This document shows, in pieces, positions 1-13,610 of a stretch of DNA of 64,000 nt. The stretch lies in NCBI RefSeq assembly GCF_028641065.1, contig NC_073382.1:3286001-3350000 (forward strand). The letters are read 5' to 3'. This DNA comes from Leucoraja erinacea (taxonomy: Eukaryota). Under the pieces are notes generated by a model. The model did not search any database. It had not been told where the DNA came from and was given only the letters and a program-made list of their open reading frames with translations. Every line of letters begins with the position of its first letter. Positions within the stretch are counted from its first letter, which is position 1. Position numbers and translations under genes: made by a program.

Positions 1-565
1 CGGTTGCCTCGGGCGCTAAATTTTTAGGGGCGCAAAAAAATTGTTGGATAAAAAAAAATTATAAAATGGCAAAACATTTTGTTCTAAAGGCGCACTGCAC
101 CTCTTTGGCAGCCTTCCCCTGAATTATTGTAATAAATTTTTTTTTTTTTGCCATATTATAATTTTTTTTTTATCCAACAATGTTTTTGCACCCCTAAAAA
201 GTCTTAGTCTCATTCCTTGTTATTCTCCCTCTGCGCCGAGGCCACTGCCGCTGTCCCAGCCGCTGCTGACCTTCCACTGGGCCTGCGGTCGGGTCGAGTG
301 GCCGCTGCCGCCGGAACGTGCCCCAGCTCCGAGTTCTGGTCGCCACTGTCCCAGCTCCGAGGCCGCCAGCTCCGCCATTAGGCCTCGGCGCAGGCGGAGA
401 CGGGGGATACGACAAAATAAGTCGCATCCCCCGAAGGAAGAGACCAAAAACGTGTGCCCCCCCCCCCTTGGATTTATAACGGCTCATGGGCCATGGCTAG
501 CCGCTAATGAGGAGGCGCAATATTTTAAACTGCCCCGGGCGCTCAAAACCCACCCTATGCCACTG
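1..565. mobile_element. Right part of a probable hAT-like non-autonomous element
   Basis: Ends in ...ccctatgccactg (reverse complement CAGTGGCATAGG) with GC-rich subterminal repeats. The left end lies outside the window. Confidence 0.45.
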
Positions 566-576
566 ATTGTAGGGGA

Positions 577-3500
577 GGGGAGAAGAAAGCTGGAAAACGG
601 GAGAGGCAGGACAAAGCATGGCAGGTAATAGGTCGACACAGGTGGGGAGGGGTGGGTTTGATAGGCAGTTGATTGGAACAAAGCCCTGGATAAGAAAGGA
701 AGGTGTGAGAGGTTTGAAGATTTGTGGATTGTGAAGCCAGAGGGAGTCTGAAGAAGGGTCTCGACCCGAAACGTCACGCATTCCTTCTCTCCAGAGATGC
801 TGCTTGGCCCGCTGAGTTACTCCAGTTTTTTGTGTCTATCTTTGGTTTAAACCAGCATCTGCAGTTCCTTCTTACCCACAACTCTTTAAACCCGTCTTAA
901 ACCTTCCTTCCTTTCTGCAGTGAAGAAGGGTCTCGACCCTAAACGTCACCGTATCCTTTTCTCCAGAGATGCTGCCTGACTCGCTGAGTTACTCCAGCAT
1001 TTTATGTCCATCTTCTTTGATGCAGCTCTTTGTTTCTATATGCCTGTCCTGAGCTTAACTCTTCGCTGTAGAAGTTGCAGACAATATCTTGGTATTCAGA
1101 AAAGAAACAACACTTCTAAAAGATGATAAATGTAGCGAATGAAGGCAATTTGTTACAAAGCTCCACACAAAGAGACTTCAAATTCCAAAGGAGCACGTCT
1201 AACAAACTGAAAATAAAAAGGCTGACCCAAGTTCATGAAATACCAACACATTTGGGAATTCCATTTTAACCTTAAAGTAATTATTGTCCAGGGATTCAGA
1301 TCTGCAGCATAACAGGATGCAACTCTCCATTGTTTATTGTTAAATGAATAGATCACCAGGGCGGGTGCAAAGTGAAAGTTAACAGCTGCCCTTAAAGTTG
1401 GAGGTTTTTAGTTTTAGCTTCGAGAAACAGCATGGAAACAGGCCCGCCAAGTCCACGCTAACCGTCAATCACCAGTACACTAGTTCTATGTTATCCCACT
1501 TTCACATCCTGAACACTAGGAGCAATTTACCGAAGCCAATTAACCTACAAACCTGCATGTCTTTGCAATGTGGGAGAAAACCGGATCACCCAGAGAAAAC
1601 CCACGTGGACACAGGGAGAACGTACAAATCTCCGCACAGAGAGCACCCCATAGTCAGCCGCGAACCTGGGTCTCTGGCACTGTGAGGCAGCAGCTCTAAA
1701 GCTGCACCACTGCACCATCCACTAATCGACGTGGAGGGTGTGGTGTAGGTATTGGAAGGTGGGGGCGAGAAAATTGATAAATATCACTAACCACCCCCCC
1801 CCCCTCCCCCCTCCCCCGCCCCACTCCTAATAAAACTAAAGAGCCACAGGAGACACAAGGGATTGCAGATGCTGGAAACTTGAGCAAAACCCAAAGTGCT
1901 GCAGCAACTCAGCGGGTCAGGCAGCATCTCTGGAGGGTATGGACAGATGGCGTTTCAGATTGATATCGTTCAAACTCCTGGAGTTCTGATCCAAAATATT
2001 ATCCGTCTATTCCCTCCCCAGAAAACTAAGGATCCCGTGACTGTCTCAGTAGCCAGGATTTCCCCATCTCCTGAACAGCTTCTCACTGTCCCCAGTGACA
2101 GAAAAATAATTGTGAATGGGGGTGGCCGATGAAGGACATCGTGAAACAAGTGAAGTGACCCGTGCCACAGAGAAGCTGGTCTGTGTGGTAATAGCAATTT
2201 GTCGCTACCTTATAGTGCAAGAGACCTGGGTTTGATCCCGACTACCGGTGCTGCCTGTATGGAGTTTGTACGTTCTCCATGTGGGGTTTTCTGGGTGCTC
2301 CGGTTTCCCCCCACATTTCAAAGACGTGCAGGTTTGTTGGTTAATTGGGTTAATTCTGTAAATTGCCCCTAGTGTGTTGGATGTGAAAATGGGACAACAT
2401 GGAACTAATGTACAGGTAATTGTTAGTGGGCGCTGACTTGGTCGGCTGAAGAGCCTGTTTCCACATTGTATGTGCAAACTAAACTGGATCACATCAATTA
2501 TTCCACGTACATAGGGAAAAAACAATGTTCTGCAATTCCCATTAGCCAAGTTCTAAATATCTGACAATGTTCACTGCAGTGCTGGCCAGAATCAGAACTC
2601 CAGCTATAGAGCACCTATAAATGCTGAAGAAGAAATGGGGAGAAGAAAGCTGGAAAACGGGAGAGGCAGGACAAAGCATGGCAGGTAATAGGTCGACATA
2701 GGTGGGATGGGGTGGGTTTGATAGGCAGTTGATTGGAACAAAGGCCCTGGATTAGAAAGGAAGGTGTGAGAGGTTTGTGGATTGTGAAGCTAGAGGGAGT
2801 CTGAAGAAGGGTCTCGACCCGAAACGGCACGCATTCCTTCTCTCCAGAGATGCTGCTTGGCCCGCTGAGTTATTCCAGTTTTTTGTGTCTATCTTTGGTT
2901 TAAACCAGCATCTGCAGTTCCTTCTTACCCACAACTCTTTAAACCTGTCTTAAACCTTCCTTCCTTTCTGCATTGAAGAAGGGTCTCGACCCTAAACGTC
3001 ACCTTATCCTTTTCTCCAGAGATGCTGCCCGACTCGCTGAGTTACTCCAGCATTTTGTGTCCATCTTCTTTGATGCAGTTCTTTGTTTCTATATGCCTGT
3101 CCTGAGCTTAACTCTTCGCTGTAGAAGTTGCAGACAATATCTTGGTATTCAGAAAAGAAACAACACTTCTAAAAGATGATAAATGTAGCGAATGAAGGCA
3201 ATTTGTTACAAAGCTCCACACAAAGAGACTTCAAACTCCAAAGGAGCACGTCTAACAAACTGAAAATAAAAAGGCTGACCCAAGTTCATGAAATACCAAC
3301 ACATTTGGGAATTCCATTTTAACCTTAAAGGAATTATTGTCCAGGGATTCAGATCTGCAGCATAACAGGATGCAAGTCTCCATTGTTTATTGTTAAATGA
3401 ATAGAACACCAGGGCGGGTGCAAAGTGAAAGTTAACAGCTGCCCTTAACGTTGGAGGTTTTTAGTTTTAGCTTCGAGAAACAGCATGGAAACAGGCCCGC

Positions 3501-4672
3501 CAAGTCCACGCTAACCGTCAATCACCAGTACACTAGTTCTATGTTATCCCACTTTCACATCCTGAACACTAGAAGCAATTTACCGAAGCCAATTAACCTA
3601 CAAACCTGCATGTCTTTGCAATGTGGGAGAAAACCGGATCACCCAGAGAAAACCCACGTGGTCACAGGAAAACGCATTAACTCCTCACCGACAGCACCTG
3701 TAGTCAGGATCGGACCTGGGTCTCTGGCACTGTGAGGCAGCAGCTCTAAAGCTGCACCACTGCACCATCCACTAATCGACGTGGAGGGTGTGGTGTAGGT
3801 ATTGGAAGGTGGGGGCGAGAAAATTGATAAATATCACTAACCTCCCCCCTCCCCCGCCCCACTCCTAATAAAACTAAAGAGCCACAGGAGACACAAGGGA
3901 TTGCAGATGCTGGAAACTTGAGCAAAACCCAAAGTGCTGCAGCAACTCAGCGGGTCAGGCAGCATCTCTGGAGGGTATGGACAGATGGCGTTTCAGATTG
4001 ATATCGTTCAAACTCCTGGAGTTCTGATCCAAAATATTATCTGTCTATTCCCTCCCCAGAAAACTAAGGATCCCGTGACTGTCTCAGTAGCCAGGATTTC
4101 CCCATCTCCTGAACAGCTTCTCACTGTCCCCAGTGACAGAAAAATAATTGTGAATGGGGGTGGCCGATGAAGGACATCGTGAAACAAGTGAAGTGACCCG
4201 TGCCACAGACAAGCTGGTCTGTGTGGTAATAGCAATTTGTCGCTACCTTATAGTGCAAGAGACCTGGGTTCGATCCGGACTACCGGTGCTGCCTGTATGG
4301 AGTTTGTACGTTCTCCCCGTCTCCATGTGGGGTTTTTCCGGATGCTCCGGTTTCCCCCCACATTTTAAAGACGTGCAGGTTTGTTGGTTAATTGGGTTAA
4401 TTCTGTAAATTGCCCCTAGTGTGTTGGATGTGAAAATGGGACAACATGGAACTAATGTACAGGTAATTGTTAGTGGGCACTGACTTGGTCGGCTGAAGAG
4501 CCTGTTTCCACACTGTATGTGCAAACTAAACTGGATCACATCAATTATTCCACGTACATAGGGAAAAAACAATGTTCTGCAATTCCCATTAGCCAGGTTC
4601 TAAATATCTGACAATGTTCACTGCAGTGCTGGCCAGAATCAGAACTCCAGCTATAAAGCACCTATAAATGCT
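577..4672. repeat. Tandem duplication (~2.05 kb; 577-2625 / 2637-4672) of the region immediately 3' of the NIPA1 stop
   Basis: Colinear near-identity, both copies ending gcacctataaatgct. Confidence 0.92.
748..775 (+). ncRNA. Putative minimal hammerhead ribozyme core in a Penelope-derived repeat
   Basis: CTGAAGA-A-GGGT(CTCG)ACCC-GAAA-CG-TC. Confidence 0.6.
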
Positions 4673-4679
4673 TTAGTGG

Positions 4680-5191
4680 CTATGTTTCTTTGAAGTGGCT
4701 TGTTAAGTCAGTGACAGAGATTGCAAATCCTTTGAACACCTGCAAAAGGAGGACCCCCACTGATACTGTGATAACAAATCCACACAGCATGCCCAGAAAG
4801 TCCACAACACTAACGTCACTCCATTCCTGAAAGAGGATTCCAGATGACAATATGACAAAAACTGTAAAAAACACGTAATATATAGCACCAAACAAGGAGG
4901 AATCAAAGCAGCGCAGTGCCTTATTAATATAGATAAACTGCAGAAAAATACTGCACAGCAGTGTTGTTAGCAGAATGATAGAAAGGTACAGGGCTCTTTG
5001 ACTTGCTGGGTTATTGCTGAATGCATCTTGAGTGGCTAAGCCAAGGCCTTTACTGCTTGGCACAGTGAAAGTGCCCAGCAGTGAACAAATGCCAATGTAG
5101 ACAATAATGTTGGTCGAGCCATGGGAAGGTGCAATCCAGAAGATCAGCAATACAAGAAGTGCGAGAACAATGCAGATATAGCCGAGAAACA
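4680..5191 (-). CDS. NIPA1: NIPA1 last coding exon (VFLGYICIV...[12 protein letters not shown]...YINKAL...FKET*)
   Basis: ctttacag| acceptor and TAG at 4682-4680. Closely resembles the NIPA1 C-terminal half (NNPxSQRAL is NIPA1-like). Exon sum 115+48+91+161+512 = 927 nt, in frame. Confidence 0.95.
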
Positions 5192-7319
5192 CTGTAAAGG
5201 GAAAACATTTTGAAAATGGTCAAACGTTTTAAACCACTTTATTTCCCTTCTCCCAACCCACTAAGTCAAACATGTGTATTGCAATAGGCATTGCAATAAG
5301 CTTATTATATTTATTAATCCTACCACATGCACAGTGGCCCTAGAGCTTGGATTTGTGCTGTGTGAATCACCAATGAGAACAAAGAACAGTACAGCACAGG
5401 AGCAGAACCTTCGGCCCACAATATCTGTGCCAAACGTGACGCCAAAATAAACTAATATCAACTGCCTGCTTGACACAATTGTATTTTATTTCCTCTGAAA
5501 TGCTGATTCTTTTTCTGATGGCTACTTGACTGAACAGAGGATTTGAATCACACCTCATCACTATCTCAGCACTGCACTCTGTGGAATTTGCACTAAGGTT
5601 GTGCTCTGCACTCTGGCTTACACTATGCTGGTCTTGTTTACCACAAATAATTAATAATTTATTATGTATTATTTTGGTGTGTTGTCACCTATTTGTGCCT
5701 ATAAAGCTGCAGCAAGTAAGATTTTCATTGTTCTGTTCCCATTGCATATTACAATTAAACTATAGCAGTCTAACACGTTTAATCAAGCCCTTTTTGTTGC
5801 AAGACACTGCATCTCTTTCAGTCAGATAATAAATAAAATAAATAGCAATGACAAGGTCCAAATGAATTAATGATGCAGTGGTTAACATTGTTGCCTCACA
5901 GTTCCAGGGACCTGAGATCGATCCTAATCCCGGGTGCTGTCTGCATGGAGTTTGCATGTTCTTTGTGCTACCTCCAGCTGCCCTGGTTTCCTCCCACATT
6001 CCTAATGACGTGCTGGTAGGTTAATTGGTTATGTCAATTGTCCCTTAAGTAGCAAAAATGATCAAAAGGGGAGTTACTGAGAAAATAGGTTGCAGGGATA
6101 AACGGAAATAAGGGGAACGGGAATGGGATTAGCCTGTTGGGAGATAGCATGGGTTGCGTGGGGCAAATGGCCTCCCCATGTCATAAAATAAGATACTCAA
6201 ATGCCAGATACCCCCACTACTAATCTAAGAGATGAAATTTGTAATTTTGTGCAAAATTATCACTAGTAATATCCCAATAAATTGAAAATAGGCTGACATG
6301 ATAATAATTTAAAAAATAACAAACTCAACTAACGTAATATTAAATCACTTTCCAATAATAAGTGAATGAATCAACAGAACTAGATTAACAGCAGAATTAC
6401 AACCCAACCAGCAGGTGACCCGAATATACAAGGAGGAGCTTCAATTATAATCTCCTTGGCTTTTACAGGGCATATTTGTGAAAAGAATCATGAAAGAAGC
6501 CTTATTACATAGAAGGGTGATGTTCCAGACAACTGTTGATGATAAACTATTTGAGTTGAAGGAATAGAATTGAAGTAAAATTTAGACTGGACTAATCTGC
6601 AACAGTGGATTAATGTTGGGAGTGTTTACATCGAACAATACGACTTGACATTTAGGGTTTGGTTTAAGTTTTGTGTTGTCACTTGTGCCATGGTACAATG
6701 AAGAGCTTTGTTTTGTTTGCTATCCAATTTAGATAAGATAATATTCTACATAAATACAATGAATTTACTCAGAAGGTGGTGGCCATGTGGAATGGATTGC
6801 CAGAGGTAGTTCAGGCAGGTGATATAATATTTAAAAGGCACTTGGACAGGTCAATGGATGGGAAAGGATTAGAGGAATACGGATCAAATGCAGGCAAACG
6901 GGACTAGTTTAGATAGGGCATCTTGGTCGGCATGGACACGTTGGGCTGAAGGGCCTGTTATTTCCATGCTGTAAGACTATGACTCCAATTCATACTCAAG
7001 TCCAATAGTAAAGCAAAGGGGAAGACACAGGGTAACAAATAATATTTCTCAGCATTACAACGCCTCTGTTCAATAAACAAAGTCCAATGTCCTCAATGGG
7101 GTTGAGGTGAATCGGACAGTCCCCTGGCTTATCGAAGGATCATTCAGAAGTCAGATAACAGAGTAACATAAGCTGTTCCTGAGAAGGTTTCACCTATCCA
7201 TTGTTTCTAATTTGTATTCATAACGCAACAAGAACAACTTTATATAAAAAACAGACACAAAGTGCTGAGATAACTCAGCTGGTCTGGTAGCATCTATGGA
7301 GAACATGGATAACAGATGA

Positions 7320-7890
7320 TGTGTGTAGGAAGGAACTGCAGATGCTGGTTTAAACCGAAGATAGACACAAAATGCTGGAGTAACTCAGTGGGACAGGCAG
7401 CATCTCTGGATATAAGGAATGGGTGAAGTTTCGGGTCGAGACCATTCTTCAGACTGAATCAGGGGAGAGGGAGATACAGAGTAAGGAAGTTTAAGGTGTG
7501 AAAACGAGACAAAGGGGATGGAGATAAAGGAAAATGTAGACTAGATCATTGTTAGCTAGGAAAAGGCAACAACAAAGCAAACAGAGATTAAAAATTTAAT
7601 CGAGGACAGTCAGACAGGTCGTAGAACTGGGAAGGGGGGAGTGGTGGAGAGAGAGGGAAAGCAAGAGTTACTTGAAGTTAGAGAAGAAATATTCATACCG
7701 CTGGGGTGTAAGCTGCCCAAGCAAAATGAGGTGTTGTTCCTCCAATTTGCACTGGGCCTCAGTCTGAAGAAGGGTCCCAACCTGAAGCGTCACTTATACA
7801 TTTTCTTCAGAGACGCTGCCTGACCTGCCGAGTTACTCCAGCACTTTGTGTCTTTTTTCAGTAAGCCAGCATCTGCAGTTCCTTCTCTCA
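7320..7890 (-). mobile_element. Penelope-like retroelement relic: GIY-YIG C-terminal fragment flanked by inverted pLTR-like ends
   Basis: Minus 7758-7689 reads AQCKLEEQHLI/LGSLHPSGMNI (frameshifted), resembling the PLE endonuclease end. Inverted ends ggaactgcagatgctgg ... ccagcatctgcagttcc each carry a degenerate hammerhead core. Confidence 0.75.
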
Positions 7891-7979
7891 ACAACTTTAT
7901 ATGGTGACTTTAAAACAATGCGGTATCCCGATCTGCTTGTCAAGGTTATTAACACATAAGAATAAACATACAATGTTAC

Positions 7980-8140
7980 CTGGGTCTAACAGTTTTTCTT
8001 CAAGTTGCTCCCTTGATGTTATATTGTCTGTTTTGGGAGCATGAATGAGCAGTACAACTGACCCAGCGCAGTTCAGTAGACATCCTAGTTTTCCCAACAA
8101 GTTTAGCTTCTCTTGCAACATATAAGAAGCCAAGAGTGAC
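7980..8140 (-). CDS. NIPA1: NIPA1 coding exon 4 (161 bp; [36 protein letters not shown]...EEKLLDP)
   Basis: Bounded by ccccag|GTCA...CCAG|gtaac. Contains the NIPA motif EKLNxLGKLGC. Confidence 0.95.
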
Positions 8141-8211
8141 CTGGGGAATATATTAAGATGGGGGAAAAGTCAGCGCACAATCCACAGCACATCTTAAAAA
8201 CCTATTTATGA

Positions 8212-8781
8212 TCAGAACAATACCTAAAACTTACAATAAACCAAAGACATTTCCTTGATTACAGTATAATAATTGGGAAAAAATTGATATTAAAATTTTG
8301 GAAAAACCCAACAACCCCCACAATCAAGATGTGGATTATGGAGATGTCAGAGACCTTACATTTGGAAAAAATTAGATATGTCTTAATTGACAAAACAGAA
8401 TTATTTATTAGAATATGGTCTCCATTTATAGATTACTTGAAGGGGTAGATCGGACCGGCACGGAGGCCGGACTGAAGCCTGAACCCAGGACTAGAAAGAT
8501 AGTTATGTCTTCTGACCTACGGAACTATCTCCCAAGTTGTATTATTGATAGTTTATCCTATTTTTCTAATTTCTTTCTTTCTTTATTTTTCCTATCTATA
8601 AATATAAATAAATAATTAGAGGCAATGTTAATAGGTAACGGATAAAGGATGATCCCAGCTACTTTGGTAACTGGGTCCCTGGAAACCTGGATATTTAATA
8701 TGTAACCGTTAAACAAAGTCTGTATTGGTTTGGAATACGATATGCAGATGTCTCTAATAAAAATGTATTAAAAAAAAAATT
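8212..8781 (+). mobile_element. 5'-truncated L1-clade LINE (ORF2 C-terminus, 3'UTR, polyA) in NIPA1 intron 3
   Basis: Frame reads ...GKKLILKFWKNPTTPTIKMW...LHLEKIRY...FIRIWSPFIDYLKG*. AATAAA plus A-tail, 15 bp TSD aaaacctatttatga, tt/aaaa target. Confidence 0.85.
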
Positions 8782-9455
8782 AAAACCTATTTATGAACAA
8801 GCATTCACTTTGACAAAAGAAATCGCCAGATTCTCTTGCCCTATTATTAAGAGTTCTATGCAGGTAGTTCCAAAATTATTGAGTGCAAATGGTTCACTGC
8901 ATTCAGCGTAAGTTAGAGAGAATGTTATCACAGCTTCTGAGATATTAACAATTTTAAGTTAGATTAGTCTGACAAGCTTATGTTCCTGGAAGTGGGGAGA
9001 GCTGCTGGCTCACCTGAGCTAGGTGCTAATAAACTGGCTTTGGAAGGAGATCGCATTTAAAGTAAGAACCATTCACAGGAGACACAGACAAATCAACAGT
9101 GTAGTCACATAACTATTCATGAAATAGTTAAACCGTTATTCAGAATACCTCAGGTGTCCAACCATAAACTTTGATAAGACAAAACTTTTGCCAATTATTA
9201 TCAATATAAACACAAAATGTTGGAGTAACTCAGCGGGTCAGGTGATATTTCAGATCAATTCCCTTTTTCAGACTATGCAAACTCAGAGTCTGAAGACGGG
9301 TCTCGACCCGAAAGGTCACCTATTCCTTCTCACCAGAGATGCTGCCTGTCCCACTGAGTTATGCCAGCATTTTCCGTCTCTCTTCGGTGTAAACCAACAT
9401 CTGCAGTTCCTTCCTACACATCATTATAAACATCCAGGTCAAATAAAAACATTAC

Positions 9456-9546
9456 CCAAATGGCACACCAAGAGCTCCTAGTGGAGTTACCAATGCAGCA
9501 GGAGCAGTGTTGTAGGCCAAGAAGTTACCTATTTGACCCAGTCCCA
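9456..9546 (-). CDS. NIPA1: NIPA1 coding exon 3 (91 bp; [31 protein letters not shown])
   Basis: Bounded by ttacag|TG...TTTGG|gtaat. Contains the NIPA signature GNFxAY...LVTPLGAL. Confidence 0.95.
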
Positions 9547-10005
9547 CTGTAACATGGAGAAAATCATTAATCATTAGAAACAAAAATGTGTACTTAACTA
9601 AAACTAGACATTTAGAGGATATGTTCAAGAATGCTATAAATAAGGAAAGGAATACAGATAGGAAAGGTTTGGAGGAATATGGGACAAATGTCAGCAAATG
9701 GTACTAGCTCAGATGGGGCATCTTAGATGGTGTGGGCGAGATGGGCCAAAGGGCCTGTTTCCATGCTGGACTATGGTTCTCTAAGAGGATAATGGAATAC
9801 CTGAAGGCACCAATAAGTGACAACACAGGTTGTGTTGGTCTTTGACTCTACATCCACCTGTAAGACAGGTAGCAAATCCTCCAGAGTCAAATATTAACTA
9901 CAACATTTGTATAGTAAAGGGAACACAAGGCTATTTACTTTCTGCCACAGAATACATTTTTTACGTATCCGTGAAGGCGTGAAGTGGGGCGTCGACAGCA
10001 GCGAG

Positions 10006-13000
10006 GCCTCAGCGGTGGTGAAGCCTCGTGGGTCGGCCCGCGGTCGATGATAGCTTGCGGGGGCCGCTGTGTGGGGAGAGGAAGAACAATGGAGGGCCCA
10101 GCGTGGGGGGGGGGGGGGGGGGGGGATGGGCACCGTGAGGGAGGTGGGGGGAGAACAACGGACAATTGGGGAGGGTGGGAGAATAAAGGACAATGGGGAC
10201 CCCGCGTGGGGGGAGGAAAACAAAAGGAGGCATTTTGTAACTTTGTCAGTGCGGTTGACAAGCAAAGAATTTCACTGTGCCTAGTCACATGTGACAATAA
10301 AGTTAAACATAGAAACATAGAAAATAGGTGCAGGAAGAAGCCACTTGTCCCTTCAAGCCTGAACCGCCATTCATTGTGATCATGGCTGATCATCCACAAT
10401 CAGTAACCCGTGCCTGCCTTCTCCCCATATCCCTTGATTCCGCTTTCCCCTAGTGCTCTATCTAACTCTCTTTTAAATTCAACCAGTGAATTGGCCTCTA
10501 CTGCTTTCCGTGGCAGGGAATTCCACAAATTCACAGCTCTCTGGGTGAAAGAGTTTTAAATGGCCTCCCCATTGGGTCAGTGAAGAGAGAACCAAAGTAC
10601 CTGTCTAACTCTTCTGCCAGGTACTTTCCAGGTACTTCTGCCAGGTATTCTATTCCATTCCATATATACACACACACACATACACGCACTGAACTTGTGT
10701 ATTATATTGTTTACAGTGCACTATGCTTACATATTCTGTTGTGCTGCTGCAAGTCAGAAATCAATTGTTCTATCTGGGACAATAAAACACTCTTGACTCT
10801 TCCCACCCTCCTCAAAACATGCCCAATTTTGGCAGCTTATCCCATTTCAGACCTCCCAAATACCACCATTCAGGCCATTCACATATTCTCCATGTCGAGT
10901 AAATACATTTCATTCACGGGTACTGCTAATTCCGATATGAACATGGTTTCAGTAATAACAAGTTATATTTACACGGTGTTTTCTTTTGGACACTGCAGCT
11001 GGTAGAACAACTGCGTCAAGCATGCCAAAGAACAGGGTGCTCCGGTTTCCTTCCACATTCCAAAGACGTGCAGGTTTGTAGGTTAATTGGCTTCTGTAAC
11101 TTGCCCCTAGTGTGTAGAATAGAAACAGAAACTAGGTGCAGGAGTAGGCCATTCGGCCCTTCGAGCCTGCACCGCCATTCAATATGATCATGGCTGATCA
11201 TCCAACTCAGTATCCCGTACCTGCCTTCTCTCCATACCCCCTGATCCCCTTAGCCAAAAGGGTCACATCTAACTCCCTCTTAAATATAGCCAATGAACTG
11301 GCCTCAACTACCCTCTGTGGCAGAGAGTTCCAGAGATTCACCACTCTCTGTGTGAAAAAAGTTCTTCTCATCTCGGTTTTAAAGGATTTCCCCCTTATCC
11401 TTAAGCTGTGACCCCTTGTCCTGGACTTCCCTAACATCGGGAACAATCTTCCTGCATCTAGCCTGTCCAACCCCTTAAGAATTTTGTAAGTTTCTATAAG
11501 ATCCCCTCTCAATCTCCTAAATTCTAGAGAGTATAAACCAAGTCTATCCAGTCTTTCTTCATAAGACAGTCCTGACATCCCAGGAATCAGTCTGGTGAAC
11601 CGTCTCTGCACTCCCTCTATGGCAATAATGTCCTTCCTCAGATTTGGAGACCAAAACTGTACGCAATACTCCAGGTGTGGTCTCACCAAGACCCTGCACA
11701 ATTGCAGTAGAACCTCCCTGCTCCTATACTCAAATCCTTTTGCAATGAAAGCTAACATACCATTCGCTTTCTTTACTTCCTGCTGCACCTGCATGCCTAC
11801 CTTCAATGACTGGTGTACCATGACACCCAGGTCTCGCTGCATCTCCCCCTTTCCCAATCGGCCACCATTAAGATAATAGTCTGCTTTCCCGTTTTTGCCA
11901 CCAAAATGGATAACCTCACATTTATCCACATTATACTGCATCTGCCAAACATTTGCCCTCAGCGTTGGTGAAGCCTCGTGGGTCGGCCCGCGGTCGATGA
12001 TAGCTTGCGGGGGCCGCTGTGTGGGGAGAGGAAGAACAATGGAGGACCCAGCGTGGGGGGGGGGACCACCATGAGGGAGGCGGGGGGGAGAACAACGGAC
12101 AATTGGGGAGGGTGGGAGAATAAAGGACAATGGGGACCCCGCGTGGGGGGAGGAAAACAAAAGGAGGCGCTTTGTAACTTTGTCAGTGCGGTTGACAAGC
12201 AAAGAATTTCACTGTGCGTAGTCACATGTGACAATAAAGTTAAACATAGAAACATAGAAAATAGGTGCAGGAAGAAGCCACTTGTCCCTTCAAGCCTGAA
12301 CCGCCATTCATTGTGATCATGGCTGATCATCCACAATCAGTAACCCGTGCCTGCCTTCTCCCCATATCCCTTGATTCCGCTTTCCCCTAGTGCTCTATCT
12401 AACTCTCTTTTAAATTCAACCAGTGAATTGGCCTCTACTGCTTTCCGTGGCAGGGAATTCCACAAATTCACAACTCTCTGGGTGAAAAAGTTTTAAATGG
12501 CCTCCCCATTGGGTCAGTGAAGAGAGAACCAAAGTACCTGTCTAACTCTTCTGCCAGGTACTTTCCATGTACTTCTGCCAGGTATTCTATTCCATTCCAT
12601 ATATACACACACACATACACGCACTGAACTTGTGTATTATATTGTTTACAGTGCACTATGCTTACATATTCTGTTGTGCTGCTGCAAGTCAGAAATCAAT
12701 TGTTCTATCTGGGACAATAAAACACTCTTGACTCTTCCGACCCTCCTCAAAACATGCCCAATTTTGCCAGCTTATCCCATTTTAGACCTCCCAAATACCA
12801 CCATTCAGGCCATTCACATATTCTCCATGTCGAGTAAATACATTTCATTCACGGGTACTGCTAATTCCGATATGAACATGGTTTCAGTAATAACAAGTTA
12901 TGTTTACACGGTGTTTTCTTTTGGACACTGCAGCTGCGTCACTGCAACTGCGTCAAGCATGCCAAAGAACAGGGTGCTCCGGTTTCCTTCTACATTCCAA

Positions 13001-13610
13001 AGACGTGCAGGTTTGTAGGTTAATTGGCTTCTGTAATTTGCCCCTAGTGTGTAGAATAGAAACAGAAACTAGGTGCAGGAGTAGGCCATTCGGCCCTTCG
13101 AGCCTGCACCGCCATTCAATATGATCATGGCTGATCATCCAACTCAGTATCCCGTACCTGCCTTCTCTCCATACCCCCTGATCCCCTTAGCCAAAAGGGC
13201 CACATCTAACTCCCTCTCAGTCCTGACATCCCAGGAATCAGTCTGGTGAACCTTCTCTGCACTCCCTCTATGGCAATAATGTCCTTCCTCAGATTTGGAG
13301 ACCAAAACTGTACGCAATACTCCAGGTGTGGTCTCACCAAGACCCTGTACAATTGCAGTAGAACCTCCCTGCTCCTATACTCAAATCCTTTTGCAATGAA
13401 AGCTAACATACCATTCGCTTTCTTTACTGCCTGCTGCACCTGCATGCCTACCTTCAATGACTGGTGTACCATGACACCCAGGTCTCGCTGCATCTCCCCC
13501 TTTCCCCAATCGGCCACCATTTAGATAATAGTCTGCTTTCCCGTTTTTGCCACCAAAATGGATAACCTCACATTTATCCACATTATACTGCATCTGTCAA
13601 ACATTTGCCC
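10006..13610. repeat. Tandem duplication in NIPA1 intron 2 (10006-11957 / 11958-13610)
   Basis: Near-identical colinear sequence at an offset of ~1.95 kb with a GCC(C) junction microhomology. Confidence 0.88.
11118..11957 (-). mobile_element. CR1 LINE 3' end
   Basis: ORF2 C-terminus (LVRPHLEYCVQFWSP, RRLRGDLIE, WNSLP) plus 3' tail. Confidence 0.9.

Noticed and set aside
11207-12202. 331 aa ORF with a Pro-rich N-terminus fused to CR1 ORF2
   Set aside because: Chance chimera across the tandem-duplication junction at ~11957, not a gene.
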